A stretch of 64,000 bases of DNA from an uncultured Lentisphaerales bacterium (GTDB taxonomy: Bacteria > Verrucomicrobiota > Lentisphaeria > JABSQK01 > UBA12247): assembly GCA_943788985.1 (NCBI GenBank), contig CALSSJ010000036.1, forward strand, positions 1 through 64,000, written 5' to 3'. Position numbers and translations under genes: made by a program. Shown here in pieces: positions 45,162-56,276 of the stretch (the stretch's first letter is position 1; every line of letters starts with the position of its first letter). A model generated the notes under the pieces. It was not told the origin of the DNA. It searched no databases and saw nothing but the letters and a program-made list of their open reading frames with translations.

Positions 45162-47252
45162 ATGTACGATGCAAGGATCATGTTTCTATCAATTGGACTG
45201 GTGTTGAGTATGGCCTCTTCTCTGGCAGGCGCCGAAGCCACCTTGCCCCCACTCAAAGATGGCATCGCCCCAAAGACAGTTGAAGAAGCCTGGACCGGGT
45301 TTGACCCGCGTAAAGAGCCCCTGGATGTGGAGGTGCTCAAAGAGTGGGAAGAGGATGGCGTGGTTGTGAAGGTCATCCGGCTTCGCGTCGGGGTTTTCAA
45401 AGGTAAAAAGGCGATGCTCGCGGCCGTCTACGGCTATCCGAAGGGCGCAGAGAACCTGCCCGGTCTGGTCCAGATTCACGGTGGCGGACAGTCGGCGCAG
45501 AGCTCCTTTGTCGTGAAGGATGCCAAGAACGGCTATGCCACCATATCCATCGCTTGGGCCGGTCGGATCATCTCCACCAACTACACGGTCACGAACAAGG
45601 AAAAGGAAATGTTCTGGACCGGCAATACGGAAAGCCCGGACTACCGGGTGACGACGGACTGGGGGGCAGTTGACGCCTATCACCATCACTGCCGGTTCAA
45701 GGGCAACAACTTTGTCCAGAATCCGCCTGGGGAAAGCACCGTGGATCCGGTGAAGTCGCCGCGCAACAGCGGCTGGTTTCTGGCGACGATGGGGGCCAGG
45801 CGTGCCATAACCTTTCTGGAACGGCAAGCGCAGGTGGACCCAGAGCGGATCGGGGTCTACGGGATGTCGATGGGAGGGAAACTGACCGTACTGACGGCAG
45901 GGGCAGACTCTCGGATCAAGGCAGCCGCCCCAGCCTGTGGCGGCCTCAGTGATCGTTCCACGGATGGCAGGACGCTGGCAGCGGTGGCGGATGATAAATA
46001 CCTCGAGCGCATCACCTGTCCGACCATCATCATGAGCCCCAGTAATGACTTTCACAGCCATATCGAGGACATTCCCGCGTCCGTTGAGGCGCTGAAGACC
46101 AAGCACTGGCGCGTGGTGAGTTCGCCCAACAAGAACCACGGGGACCGCAGTGAATACTCGGTGGGGACGCGGCTTTGGTTCGACCAGGTCCTGAAAGGCA
46201 GCTTTGCCATGGCTGAAACGCCGACAATCAAGCTCACGCTGAACACCCCAGACAACACGCCCCACGCCTCCGTGACCTCCGACCCATCCCAAATCATCCA
46301 GTCGCTGAACGTGTACTACACACAGGACGCGGGCCAGCCGCCTGCGGACAGGTATTGGCGGTTGGCAAAGTCGATCAAGAAAGCAGGAACGCGGACATTT
46401 CAACTTCCACTGGTAAGCGTCGACAAGCCGCTGTGGGCCTATGTCGATGTCCAGTATGCCTTGGGCCGGACGGTGGAAGCCGTCGGCTACAGTGGCGAAA
46501 AGGTTACCACCGACACCTATCACCTGACCTCGCTCGTAGAGATGGTCCCCCAGGAAAGCCTCACCGCGGCCGGCGCCGTGGCCACCATTGATGAATCCAC
46601 GTTGCAGGAAGATTTTGATGGCTACCAACCGGGCAGTGACCTGCATACGGCATTCCCGGCATTCACCTTCAGCGACGGGATTTCGTGCGTAGCTGATCCG
46701 GGCTTCCGTCCAGGGATGTCCCTCAAGCTAAGGGACTCGCCAGATTTTGAACACGCCTGGCTTCCCCTGCTGACCGTGAACACCGCCATTGCGCCGTTTA
46801 TCGGCACCGACAAATGGACGTGCAGTGCTGACATCATGCTGGATGCCAAAGAACCGGCCCCGCTGACGGTTGAGTTTCGCGCCAAGAATCACAAGAAGAA
46901 GTTCACCCCGATTGTCGTCGATAGTGCAGGGGCAATATCAGCGCGTGGCAAAAAGACAACCCAGCTGTGCACGGTTGAGCCCGGCGCCTGGTGGACCTTC
47001 TCGGTCACTTATGACCTAAATCAGTCAGAGCACTTCCAGGTGACCATCCAGGATGCAAAAGGCAGTATGCTCGCAGAGAAGACCATTGCGACGCAGGGCG
47101 AGGTCGGAGCCGTGAACTGGGTAGGATTTATCGCCCATGCCAAGGCTGCAGGCAGTCTCTACATCGACAACGTAATCCTGCAGGAAGTGGCTGCGACGGC
47201 AGCGCCTGCTCCCGCTCCCGAAGCAGCAAAACAGCGAGCGGCCCGACCATGA
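45162..47252 (+). CDS. Secreted alpha/beta hydrolase (acetyl-xylan-esterase/dienelactone-hydrolase-like) with C-terminal beta-sandwich domain
   Basis: Signal peptide; PGLVQIHGGGQ; nucleophile elbow GMSMGG; SPSNDFH; C-terminal domain ending GSLYIDNV. Confidence 0.82.
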   Translation: MYDARIMFLSIGLVLSMASSLAGAEATLPPLKDGIAPKTVEEAWTGFDPRKEPLDVEVLKEWEEDGVVVKVIRLRVGVFKGKKAMLAAVYGYPKGAENLPGLVQIHGGGQSAQSSFVVKDAKNGYATISIAWAGRIISTNYTVTNKEKEMFWTGNTESPDYRVTTDWGAVDAYHHHCRFKGNNFVQNPPGESTVDPVKSPRNSGWFLATMGARRAITFLERQAQVDPERIGVYGMSMGGKLTVLTAGADSRIKAAAPACGGLSDRSTDGRTLAAVADDKYLERITCPTIIMSPSNDFHSHIEDIPASVEALKTKHWRVVSSPNKNHGDRSEYSVGTRLWFDQVLKGSFAMAETPTIKLTLNTPDNTPHASVTSDPSQIIQSLNVYYTQDAGQPPADRYWRLAKSIKKAGTRTFQLPLVSVDKPLWAYVDVQYALGRTVEAVGYSGEKVTTDTYHLTSLVEMVPQESLTAAGAVATIDESTLQEDFDGYQPGSDLHTAFPAFTFSDGISCVADPGFRPGMSLKLRDSPDFEHAWLPLLTVNTAIAPFIGTDKWTCSADIMLDAKEPAPLTVEFRAKNHKKKFTPIVVDSAGAISARGKKTTQLCTVEPGAWWTFSVTYDLNQSEHFQVTIQDAKGSMLAEKTIATQGEVGAVNWVGFIAHAKAAGSLYIDNVILQEVAATAAPAPAPEAAKQRAARP

Positions 47253-50200
47253 ACCGACCGTTGTGGAAGCCACTGATCTGGGCCATGGTAAGCTTGCTGA
47301 GCTGGGCTGCCACGGCATCCGCCAGCGCCCCGCGCCCCGAGAAGCCCAATGTGGTCCTGCTCCTGACAGATGATCTGGGCTGGCAGGATGTGACCTGCTA
47401 TGACATCGACGAGCCATCACCGATGGAGACGCCGAACATCGATGCGCTGGCCAAGAAAGGCGTCATGTTCTGGCAGGCCTACTCCCCAGCCCCCGTCTGC
47501 GCGCCAAGTCGTGCCGCGATCCTGACCGGTCAGCATCCGGCGCGCATTGGCATGACGTCTGTCTCTGGTGGCGTGGCACCGCCGCATTTTCGGAGGCCAA
47601 CGACCGGGCAGACGTCTCCCTGGAACAGCGGTCGCATGCCCCTGGCGGCAACCACGCTGGCCGAAGCAATGAGGGCCGAGGGCTACGCGACCGGGCACAG
47701 CGGAAAGTGGCATCTCGCCCCCGAACCAGAGCAGCACGGATTCGACACCAGTTGTCAGAATCGCGGCGTCCAGGGCGGAATGCCCAATCGACTTACCGGC
47801 TTTGCGACACGCGCCGCCAATGACCCGTTCCGACTCGATGAAAATGGTTTTCCCTTCGACATCCCGCAGGATGCAGCCCTGAAATTTCTGGAAGCGAAGA
47901 AGGACCAGCCGTTTTTCCTCTACTACGCGACCTGGCTGGTGCATGGCCCGATCTCGATGAAGAGCGAGCAACTGCTACAGAAGTACGTCAAGAAGTTGGG
48001 CGTAGAGTTGAAGCCGGAACACCGCGACACCTGGCGACAGGGCGGTCAATCCAACCCGTTCTACTGCGCGATGGTCGAGCAACTCGACTACTACATGGGC
48101 CAGGTCTTCGGCTACCTTGAAGCCACCGATGATCCCCGCTGGCCCGGCCACAAACTGATCGAAAACACTTATATCATTTTCACGTCCGACAACGGCGGCA
48201 TGGAGAATCTGCCCGAGCATCGCTTCACGGAGAATGCACCGCTTGCGAACGGCAAGATCTCCAGCAAGGAGGGTGGCATCCGCGTGCCGTTGGTGATCAC
48301 CGGTCCCGGCATCCCGGCTGGGGTACAGACCGATGTCATGGTCAACGGCCTCGATTTCTATCCCACCATTCTGTCGCTGATCGGCGCTGACAAGCCGCAA
48401 AGCGCGATCTTCGATGGCTGTGATCTGGCAACGCTGCTGACCGGCGACGCCACCGACCCAACGCTCATCCGCGAAGCAGACGGCTCCGTACGCGACACCA
48501 TGATCTGGCACTTCCCACAGATGGAGAACAGCACCGCCATCCGCGTCGGTGATTATAAGTTGCGTCGAAGCAGCGGCGCGGGTCCACGACCGTTGGAGCT
48601 GTATCGCCTGTATCGCACAGAGGGCGGCAAGCAGGTTCGAGCGGACATAGAAGAGGCCCATAACCTCGCTGCCGAGATGCCAGAGAAAGCAAACGAACTG
48701 GAAGCCCTGCGGGCTAAGCTGGTCGCAGAGGTGAACGGCCGCTACGGCTACTACAACCCGGACTGGCCGGGCGAATTGGCCGAAAAGGAGACCGCGCCCA
48801 GAATCCTCTCGCACCAGCAGAGCGGTCGAAACCTTACCGTAGTCTACGAGAATCGCGGGGCCAAGGTGGTCTACGCAGACCTGTTCTACACCCGGGTCGA
48901 TGGCGGTGGCCGAGAGGAGTGGCTGCGCGCCGACATGGCTCTTAAAGGCAACAACCAGGCGATCGTTTCCTTGCCTGAAGAAGCGAGTCACTACTTCGTG
49001 AATCTCGTCGACGAGAACAGCTTTCTCGTCGTCTACCCGAAGATCGACGCCCCAACGCTGCAGCAGCAAGAAAAGCCGTTCAGTGCAGCTGCGCTCACTG
49101 TGGAATCTCTGGAACCGCCTCCCACGGTACAGCGTACGCTGTTGGACGTATTCCCCGCATCCACAGTCACAGTCCCGCCTGACCGACAGGGAACCACCAA
49201 GCTTTCCTCCACCTATACCAAGACCGGCAGTAGCTGGGGCAAGTATCTGGATGAGGAAGTCGTCTTCCACCAGGAAATCAAGCACAACCAGGATACGGAA
49301 AATTCCTACACGGTGCGGATTGGAAAGGGCGGGCAGCTCTATTCACTCCGTGGGGCCTTTGGCGAAAGCATCCCCCCACAGTCAATCGGCAATCCGTGGA
49401 ATGATGAAATCTGGCAATTCGTGGCTGTCAACCACACCTATATGGATATCCAGACCGAGGACCAGAACCTGAGTCAGGAAACACTCGACAAGATCGAGAG
49501 CTCGCCCTATAAGCGGACCTACTTCATTCACAACTCCGGGGCCTACATCCCAGCCGTCGTGGATTCAGGGCGCATCACCCTGTCCTGTGACATCTTGATC
49601 CACAAGGACAAACCAGGAGCTATGGACTTGATCCTGCGCGACAGCAATAGACTCGGCATCAACTTTGGTGCCCTCCATGCCGACCGAAAGGGGATCACCT
49701 TCAATGGCCGCAAGATCTGTGCCGTCACGCCGGGTACCTGGTATTCGATTGAGCTTGCTTTCATGCTGAACCGAGAGACCCAGGAACGCGCAGACGTAAC
49801 CGTTCGGGCAGAGGGCATGACGCCCGCGACCGCCACCGTCCCCTTTACGGCTGCGGGGTTCGCACCGTTTAACTTCATTGGTATCACCAGCCCCGGCACA
49901 GACGGCATTGTCAACATCGACAACGTGCAGGTGAAACGCGTCACGGACACCTTCACCGAGTACCCGGTGAAACTTGATTACGAGCCCTACACCATTCTGG
50001 ACATCAATGGCCCTCCAAAGAGCGCGTTTGTGACCGACAAAGTCGCTGCCACGGGTAAGCGCAGCCTTGAGCTTCGCGACGCTCCGAGTCTGGAGCATGG
50101 CTGGCAGCCCATGTCCAAGATCAGCTTCAGCACCACTATTCCGTCTCCATTCTACTGTCCTTTGCTCGCCGCTGACCGACCGGCCGATGGCCGCACCTAT

Positions 50201-51253
50201 CGCACCGTGAATTGGGGCATCATTCCGCAGCTCAAAACCACGCATCGTTCGCCGTTGCTCTACTACGTGCAGACCAAAGACATTGGCGATGGTATCATCG
50301 AGATCACCTATGTCGTCCACAACTTCAGCGCCCGGGACGACGTCACCTTTTCCTGGCTCAATGCCCCGTGGGGCGGTACCCGCAGAACACGCCTTCCGTT
50401 CCACTATCTCAGCACGCCGGATGGCAAGGCCAATGACCGAGCCTGGATTGAAAAGACAATGGCAGAACGCGGGGCGTCCATTCCGGTGCGGGATACCGGT
50501 GGCTGGAATCTGAGCTGCGCGACGGAAGCCCCAGACAGCCCGAGCCTGGCCTTGGTCTTTGGACGTGACAAGCACCTGGCTGAGGAACTGCAGAAGCAGC
50601 GCGACGGCAAGCCACATCTGCAACTGGAAGGATCTATCTACCGCTACATGGCCACGCAGTGGCCCGATGATTGGGCCGAGCGCCCGGAGAGTTCCTTCCG
50701 GAACTATGATGTCGCCGTGGTCATTCCCAAGTTCAACCTGGCCCCGGGCACCAGCATCTGGTATCGCAGTTATCTTGTCGTCAACCGCCGGGACCGCGCT
50801 ATCGAGCAAGCCAATTCCCTCGTTGACGAAGTCGACTATGGCTATCGGACGTTCACCGCGGCTGACACGCCTACGGTACCCGTCGCTATCACCGGGACAA
50901 ACCGCACCTTCGAGCTGTTCAGCAAGCCTGTGGCAGGCACCATGCCCTTGTTTCTGATCGCAGACACCGATACGGGCCAGGAAGTGATCACGACGGATCC
51001 ATACATCTTCGTCGAGCAAGAGCCCCTGAATTTTGGGCTCCCCGAGTCGCATCCGCAATACGACTACTATGGCCGGCACGGCACGGGCTACACCCTGAAC
51101 GAAGGCGGATCGAACTGGAAGTCCTTGTTGGGCTATGCCTATCGTGACAAGCCAGCCACGGGCGACTGGGCGAGACTCTCCAGCCTCCTGCCCGCGGCGC
51201 AGTTCCCCGCGGCTACCGTCCATCACCTCGACCTGTGGGTCCCCGCCCGCTAA
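47249..51253 (+). CDS. Large secreted formylglycine-type sulfatase fused to uncharacterised C-terminal domains
   Basis: PNVVLLLTDDLG, CAPSRAAILTG, GKWHL, FTSDNGG, EGGIRVP; about 700 extra aa after the sulfatase domain. Confidence 0.92.
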   Translation: MNRPLWKPLIWAMVSLLSWAATASASAPRPEKPNVVLLLTDDLGWQDVTCYDIDEPSPMETPNIDALAKKGVMFWQAYSPAPVCAPSRAAILTGQHPARIGMTSVSGGVAPPHFRRPTTGQTSPWNSGRMPLAATTLAEAMRAEGYATGHSGKWHLAPEPEQHGFDTSCQNRGVQGGMPNRLTGFATRAANDPFRLDENGFPFDIPQDAALKFLEAKKDQPFFLYYATWLVHGPISMKSEQLLQKYVKKLGVELKPEHRDTWRQGGQSNPFYCAMVEQLDYYMGQVFGYLEATDDPRWPGHKLIENTYIIFTSDNGGMENLPEHRFTENAPLANGKISSKEGGIRVPLVITGPGIPAGVQTDVMVNGLDFYPTILSLIGADKPQSAIFDGCDLATLLTGDATDPTLIREADGSVRDTMIWHFPQMENSTAIRVGDYKLRRSSGAGPRPLELYRLYRTEGGKQVRADIEEAHNLAAEMPEKANELEALRAKLVAEVNGRYGYYNPDWPGELAEKETAPRILSHQQSGRNLTVVYENRGAKVVYADLFYTRVDGGGREEWLRADMALKGNNQAIVSLPEEASHYFVNLVDENSFLVVYPKIDAPTLQQQEKPFSAAALTVESLEPPPTVQRTLLDVFPASTVTVPPDRQGTTKLSSTYTKTGSSWGKYLDEEVVFHQEIKHNQDTENSYTVRIGKGGQLYSLRGAFGESIPPQSIGNPWNDEIWQFVAVNHTYMDIQTEDQNLSQETLDKIESSPYKRTYFIHNSGAYIPAVVDSGRITLSCDILIHKDKPGAMDLILRDSNRLGINFGALHADRKGITFNGRKICAVTPGTWYSIELAFMLNRETQERADVTVRAEGMTPATATVPFTAAGFAPFNFIGITSPGTDGIVNIDNVQVKRVTDTFTEYPVKLDYEPYTILDINGPPKSAFVTDKVAATGKRSLELRDAPSLEHGWQPMSKISFSTTIPSPFYCPLLAADRPADGRTYRTVNWGIIPQLKTTHRSPLLYYVQTKDIGDGIIEITYVVHNFSARDDVTFSWLNAPWGGTRRTRLPFHYLSTPDGKANDRAWIEKTMAERGASIPVRDTGGWNLSCATEAPDSPSLALVFGRDKHLAEELQKQRDGKPHLQLEGSIYRYMATQWPDDWAERPESSFRNYDVAVVIPKFNLAPGTSIWYRSYLVVNRRDRAIEQANSLVDEVDYGYRTFTAADTPTVPVAITGTNRTFELFSKPVAGTMPLFLIADTDTGQEVITTDPYIFVEQEPLNFGLPESHPQYDYYGRHGTGYTLNEGGSNWKSLLGYAYRDKPATGDWARLSSLLPAAQFPAATVHHLDLWVPAR

Positions 51254-51497
51254 GAGCCGGCCTCCAGTATCTCCGAGGGATATGGCAAGGAGCTCGGAAA
51301 ACGCCGCTCTCTGCCACTGGGCATCAGCCCAGACCTCGCGAGAAGTGGTGCCGCCAAATGGAGCCAGTGGTCAAGTGAATTTCGGGGCACATTTTGGCAG
51401 CCCAATTCGAGGAAATTTTTATCAGACGCTCCCGACACAATCACAGTAGCGCCTCCAGGGCGTTGAGCCAACAGCCAATGCCGAAGACTAGAAGATC

Positions 51498-52035
51498 ATG
51501 GTGCTACTGGATAGCATGCATGTGCATGAAACCTTAGGCTGGGCAGTGTCCGCCACTATGGAAACCACCTTGTGCCTGGATGCATTGACAATGGCCCTAG
51601 CCACCGGAAGGTGCCCACAGATCATGAACAGCGACCAAGGCGGTCAGTACACCAGCGCCGCCTGGATCAAGCGCGTTAAAGACGCCGGCATTCTTGTCTG
51701 CATGGATGGAAAGGGACGTTGGATCGACAATGTCCGCATCAAGAGGCACTGGCGCAGCGTCAAATATGAAGACGTTTACCTCAAGGCCTACGCAACACCG
51801 CGTGAATTGGGCAAAGGCCCTGCAGACTGGTTTGAGCGCTACAACACCACCCGCCCGCATTCCACACCAGACTATCGGACACCGAGGCAATCTCACGCTG
51901 AGGAAGCGGCATGACCACTTTGTGCTGGCCGCGGCCTTCGGCCGCCATGGGCCGTCACCCCAAACCCCAAGGTTTTCAAGGCATGCCGGCAACTCTCCAA
52001 TGCTGTCAGCTTGGGAGAAAAGTGGGGGAGTCTAG
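51498..52035 (+). mobile_element. IS3-family transposase remnant (integrase core) with right end
   Basis: NSDQGGQYTS, MDGKGRWIDNV, WRSVKYEDVYLKAY, YNTTRPHS. The catalytic E region is degenerate and the 5' half is absent. Confidence 0.82.
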
Positions 52036-52059
52036 CGACTCCCCCACGGTGCCGACATT

Positions 52060-52616
52060 GCGCCATTACCGCTCCGGCTATCCCAACGAATGCATGACCG
52101 GCTTCGAGTGGCAGGTCGCCGCCCATATGATCTGCGAAGGCATCGGCGAAGAAGGCTTGGCGATTGGCAAGGCAATCCATGATCGCTACTCGCAATCCTT
52201 ACACCGAGATTGAATGCAGTGATCACTACTCCCGGGCAATAGCCAGCTATGGTGCCTTCCTGACCGCCTGCGGCTATCGCTACGATGGCGCTGAAGGCAA
52301 GCTGGGCTTTGGTCCACGCCTCAGCCCAGAGGACTTCCGGGTCGCATTCACCACAGCAGAAAGCTGGGGTCGCTTCACACAGAAGGTAGCTGGGGGTACG
52401 CACACAGCCGCACTCGAAATTGGCTACGGCAGACTGCAGTTGAAGGAGCTTTCGCTGGACAAGGTGGCCGGAACTGCCGCCACCAACGCCACCATCGAAG
52501 TAGACGGACAGGCTGTCTCTGACTCCTGGGAGGTGAAAGCAGATCGCTACGTGCTAACGTTCAATTCGCACCTGCCAATCAGCGCTGGTCAACGTCTGGA
52601 GCTATCCCTGTCATGA
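52060..52616 (+). pseudogene. C-terminal fragment of GH116 (GBA2-like) glycoside hydrolase
   Basis: NECMTGFEWQVAAHMI..G..EEGLAI.KAIHDRY and RNPYTEIECSDHYSRAIASYG. Confidence 0.8.
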
Positions 52617-52694
52617 AAGAGCAGTGTTCGCACAGCCCCGCCGACTTTCAGCATCAATCTCAGTACGTAATCAAACCCAAAAAGAAAATCTCCC

Positions 52695-53939
52695 ATGAAA
52701 CCTCAATCGATGTTTACGGCCCTTGCTGTCACGCTTTTGGCGCTACTAGCGCAGGTCAGCTTCGCTGCGGACGGTACATATGCAGATGACAGCGCATTCA
52801 TGGCCACACACACTGAAATCGTCACCTTGACGAAAGGCGATGCCGCAATTGCTGTGGCCCCAGCCTACCAGGGGCGTGTCATGACCAGCACCTACGACCA
52901 GAAAAGCGGACCGAGCTTTGGCTGGATCAACCGCCCGGTCATCGAGAAAGGTCTGATGTCTGCCGAAGAGCGCAAGGGCAAACTGGAGCAGCACATCTAC
53001 ATCTTTGGCGGCGAAGAGCGCTTTTGGCTCGGCCCCGAAGGCGGCCAGTACGCCATCTTCTTCAAACCGGGTGACAAGTTTGAATTCTCCGATTGGCGAA
53101 CACCTGCAGCTATCGACACCGACGCCTACAAGATGGTTAGCAAGACCGAAGATTCCGCCTCCTTCAAACACGCCTGCGAACTGCAAAATCACAGCGGGGC
53201 CAAGTTCAACGTCGGCATTGAGCGCAAAGTGACCGTTCTCGCCAAAGATGATGCCGCCAAGATACTCGGTGTCGAGTTACCCGACGGTCTGCGAATGGTT
53301 GGCTACGAAACAGACAATCGCATCACCAACATGGGAAAGAACGCTTGGAAGCCGGAAACCGGCTTGCTTTCGATCTGGATCCTCGGCATGTACAACCCCT
53401 CCCCCGCCACCAATGTCTGCATTCCATTCAAACAAGGCCCCGAGAAGGAACTCGGCCCGCAGGTTAATGACACCTACTTTGGCAAAGTCCCAGCCGACTA
53501 CCTGAAGGTCCAGAAGCAGAAACTATTCTTCCGTGGCGACGGCACCCGACGCGGCAAAATCGGCATCGCACCACAGCGCTCTAAAGGTATCGCCGGCAGC
53601 TATGATGCGGACGGAAAAGTACTCAATATCGTGACCTACAACGTACAGGAAGCACCGAACGGGTTCGTCAACTCAATGTGGGAAATCCAGAAAGAGCCGT
53701 ATGCCGGAGATGTGATCAACTCCTACAACGATGGCTCTCCTGAGCCTGGCAAGCCACCACTGGGCCCATTCTACGAACTCGAAACCTCCTCGCCTGCCGC
53801 CGCTCTCAAGCCCGGCCAGACCCTGACGCATGTCCAGCGGACCTTTCACATCCATGGCTCTGAAGAAGACTTGGATCCGCTTGCCCGCAAGCTGCTTGGT
53901 GCTAAACTCGCCGTCATTAGGGACGCATTCAGCGAGTAA
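52695..53939 (+). CDS. Secreted DUF6786-like protein
   Basis: Signal peptide; PAYQGRVMTST, GGEERFWLGPEGGQ, INSYNDG, GPFYELETSSPAAAL. Confidence 0.75.
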   Translation: MKPQSMFTALAVTLLALLAQVSFAADGTYADDSAFMATHTEIVTLTKGDAAIAVAPAYQGRVMTSTYDQKSGPSFGWINRPVIEKGLMSAEERKGKLEQHIYIFGGEERFWLGPEGGQYAIFFKPGDKFEFSDWRTPAAIDTDAYKMVSKTEDSASFKHACELQNHSGAKFNVGIERKVTVLAKDDAAKILGVELPDGLRMVGYETDNRITNMGKNAWKPETGLLSIWILGMYNPSPATNVCIPFKQGPEKELGPQVNDTYFGKVPADYLKVQKQKLFFRGDGTRRGKIGIAPQRSKGIAGSYDADGKVLNIVTYNVQEAPNGFVNSMWEIQKEPYAGDVINSYNDGSPEPGKPPLGPFYELETSSPAAALKPGQTLTHVQRTFHIHGSEEDLDPLARKLLGAKLAVIRDAFSE

Positions 53940-53959
53940 ACAGGAAACTCCCGAGCGGC

Positions 53960-54496
53960 GCGATTCACTGAGGAAGAAATCACTATCACGATTCTGGTAG
54001 CCTTGCTGCTGCTGCCGTCATTGAGCAAAGCCCGTGGCAAAGCAAGGCTGACCGCCTGCACCAATCAGCTCCGGCAGATAGGGTTGGCAATCGCCCTGTA
54101 CAACGGCGATCACGAGGAGTATTACCCGACAACCTCCTGCCAAGATGACTCGTGGGACTATCTGCTGCACCAGTACGATGGTCGCGAATCCAGAGGAGTG
54201 GGGGCCGTCGACCAGCCAGAGTGGAGTCTTGCGGTTGTGGGGCTGCAGGACTCACGAATAAACTCAGCAGCTCCGCTGTCGTAAATCTGAGAACCTTTAC
54301 ATCCTTGAATTACACAGGAAATCCAGGAAACAATGCCCGTTTTCCGCACGCGCCGCTTATGATAAACGCGCTATTAGGCAATGGCCATTTCGCCTTTGCA
54401 TCTCGCGAAGAGCTCTTGCTGGATAGCCGTGGAAACAGGATCAGATGGGGACTGGGTACCGCGTTCGACACGGTCAAAGCTAGGAACCCGAACTGA
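53960..54496 (+). pseudogene. Degenerate prepilin-type / H-X9-DG (DUF1559-like) gene
   Basis: [32 protein letters not shown] and H...NALLGNGH. The N-methylation motif is degraded and the gene is frameshifted. Confidence 0.72.
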
Positions 54497-54670
54497 ACAG
54501 TCGCTTGCGCTTGGCTTGGCGATTTCAGATTGCAACCAAGTAGCTCGAGGAGCTTGGAGGTGCGAGAGCACCTCGGTTTATCTGCGACGCCCGCTGCGCC
54601 GTATCTGAACTCGGTACTCCGACCAGTTCAATTCCCCTATATCGCAAGTTCAGCGCAGCAGCGCGTTTTC

Positions 54671-56272
54671 TCACCGGTGGGTTAAATTAGTGCCATTACG
54701 CCGTAGGAAAGGGAGCGTCCGCAAGTACTCTGGGCTTAGGTCAGTGCCATTGTGCACTACTTCTCGGGCTTCTTCTCGGGTTTGAAGCTGGTGCTGTCGC
54801 TTTTGGAAGGCCGCTTCGATGGCGTCGACTTTCTCGGCGTCTGCTGCCGTGCAAACCTGAACTGCTGGGTGAGCTTCGCGTAGTGCCATGAGCCTGTTGG
54901 CGGTGACCGCTGTTTCGCTGAGGTAGAGTTTACCTAGGCGGGTGACTTCTGGCTGCGCAAGACCTGCATCGGTGAGGTCGGGGCCGTGGAGGTTCAGACG
55001 TTCGAGTGCAGAGACGCTGTTGAGCGTTGAGATGACTTGGTCAGCTTGCGAAAAACGGCTCATGTCGAGGGCGGCTAGTTTGGCTGCGCCAGACAGTTCG
55101 CTGAATTGGGCGGGAGAGGGGGCGATCCCACCAAACTTGAACTCGGTAATGTCATCTTTGAGTGAGACCAACTGCTGCCAAGTGGCGTCGGTCGGTGGCT
55201 CGGACAGGTTTAGGCGATCGACGTAGTAGCCAGATTTCTCAAGGCCTTGTGGGAGGATGAAAATGTCGGCCGCTCGCAATGCTGTGAGCAGTTGGTCGCG
55301 CTTGGCTTGTGCTGCTTACTGGGCTTGTTCATGTGCTTCGCGGGCCTGCTTTTCGACAGCTGATTCTGCGGGGCCTCGTGCACCGTTCGCAACCCAATGC
55401 GTGATGGTCAGGATCTCGTCTGCACTCGGACGGGGCTTGCCCTCCGGAGGCATCGCCATGTCGTGTGATTCGTGCAGCCATAATAGCTGAACCAAGTAGC
55501 TGTTGTGCGGCTCGCCCGGAACAATGGGCGTCTCTTCATTCTTACCGGCTAACAGCAGGTACTCATAGGAATCGACGCGATAGTCGCTTTTCTGTTTGTC
55601 TGGACCATGGCATTTGATGCAGTATTGCTGGAGGATGGGATCAATGGTGTGGCGATAGAAGTCGTCCTCTTCGACCACAGCCGCCGCCTGTTGCTCTGGT
55701 TCTTCAGGCTGGGCTTCGAGATGTTGCTTCAGCCAGGCAGGGGCATACTCGGTGAGATAGCTGGAGCCGTGCGTGAGGCTGCCGCCAAAGTGTCCAGCCA
55801 GTGACATGACTGCCAGGAGGACGACGAGAAGCGGTAGGTAGGCCTTGCCTGCTGCTCGATCGCGCTGCAGCTGGGCAGCAGCGAGCAGGATGGTGCCAAC
55901 AGCAAAGCCAAGGCCGAGCCACTTGTGCCGGTCCGCTGTTGGGCCGGTGTAGTCGCCGTTGGCAAAAAGAAACAGGCCAAGGCATGCGGCGACAATCGCA
56001 CTCAAAACGGTCAGGCTTAGGAGAAGATCCGCGGCGAGCCGAATGCCTGGGTTGCGCTTGAAGAAGTAGACTGCCTCCAGCAGGCAGAGACCACTGAAAA
56101 GTCCGATGGGCAGGTGCAGAGTTAAGGGGTGAAAGCGCCCAAGAAATTGGACCCACGAAGTGGCTCCAGCTTCTGCGCTGAGGCCGTCAGTCCAGAGAAA
56201 GGTCGTACCGAGTACGCAGCTGGCGCAGATGAGCCCAAGCCAGCAGGGAATGAGGAAGTCTTGCTTTGTCAT
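54671..56272 (-). pseudogene. DUF2231-like membrane domain + planctomycete cytochrome c + LRR protein, with internal TAA at 55316
   Basis: GRFHPLTLHLPIG, GHFGGSLTHG, CIKCH heme motif, MPPEGK, WVANGA. LRR (LERLNLHGPDLTDAGL) in ORF 54671-55279. Confidence 0.8.
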
Positions 56273-56276
56273 GCTG

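Noticed and set aside
45189..51226. Long antisense ORFs (485, 436 and 553 aa), and similar ones opposite batB, Gfo/Idh/MocA and DUF1501
   Set aside because: Shadow ORFs expected opposite GC-rich genes; no recognisable motifs.
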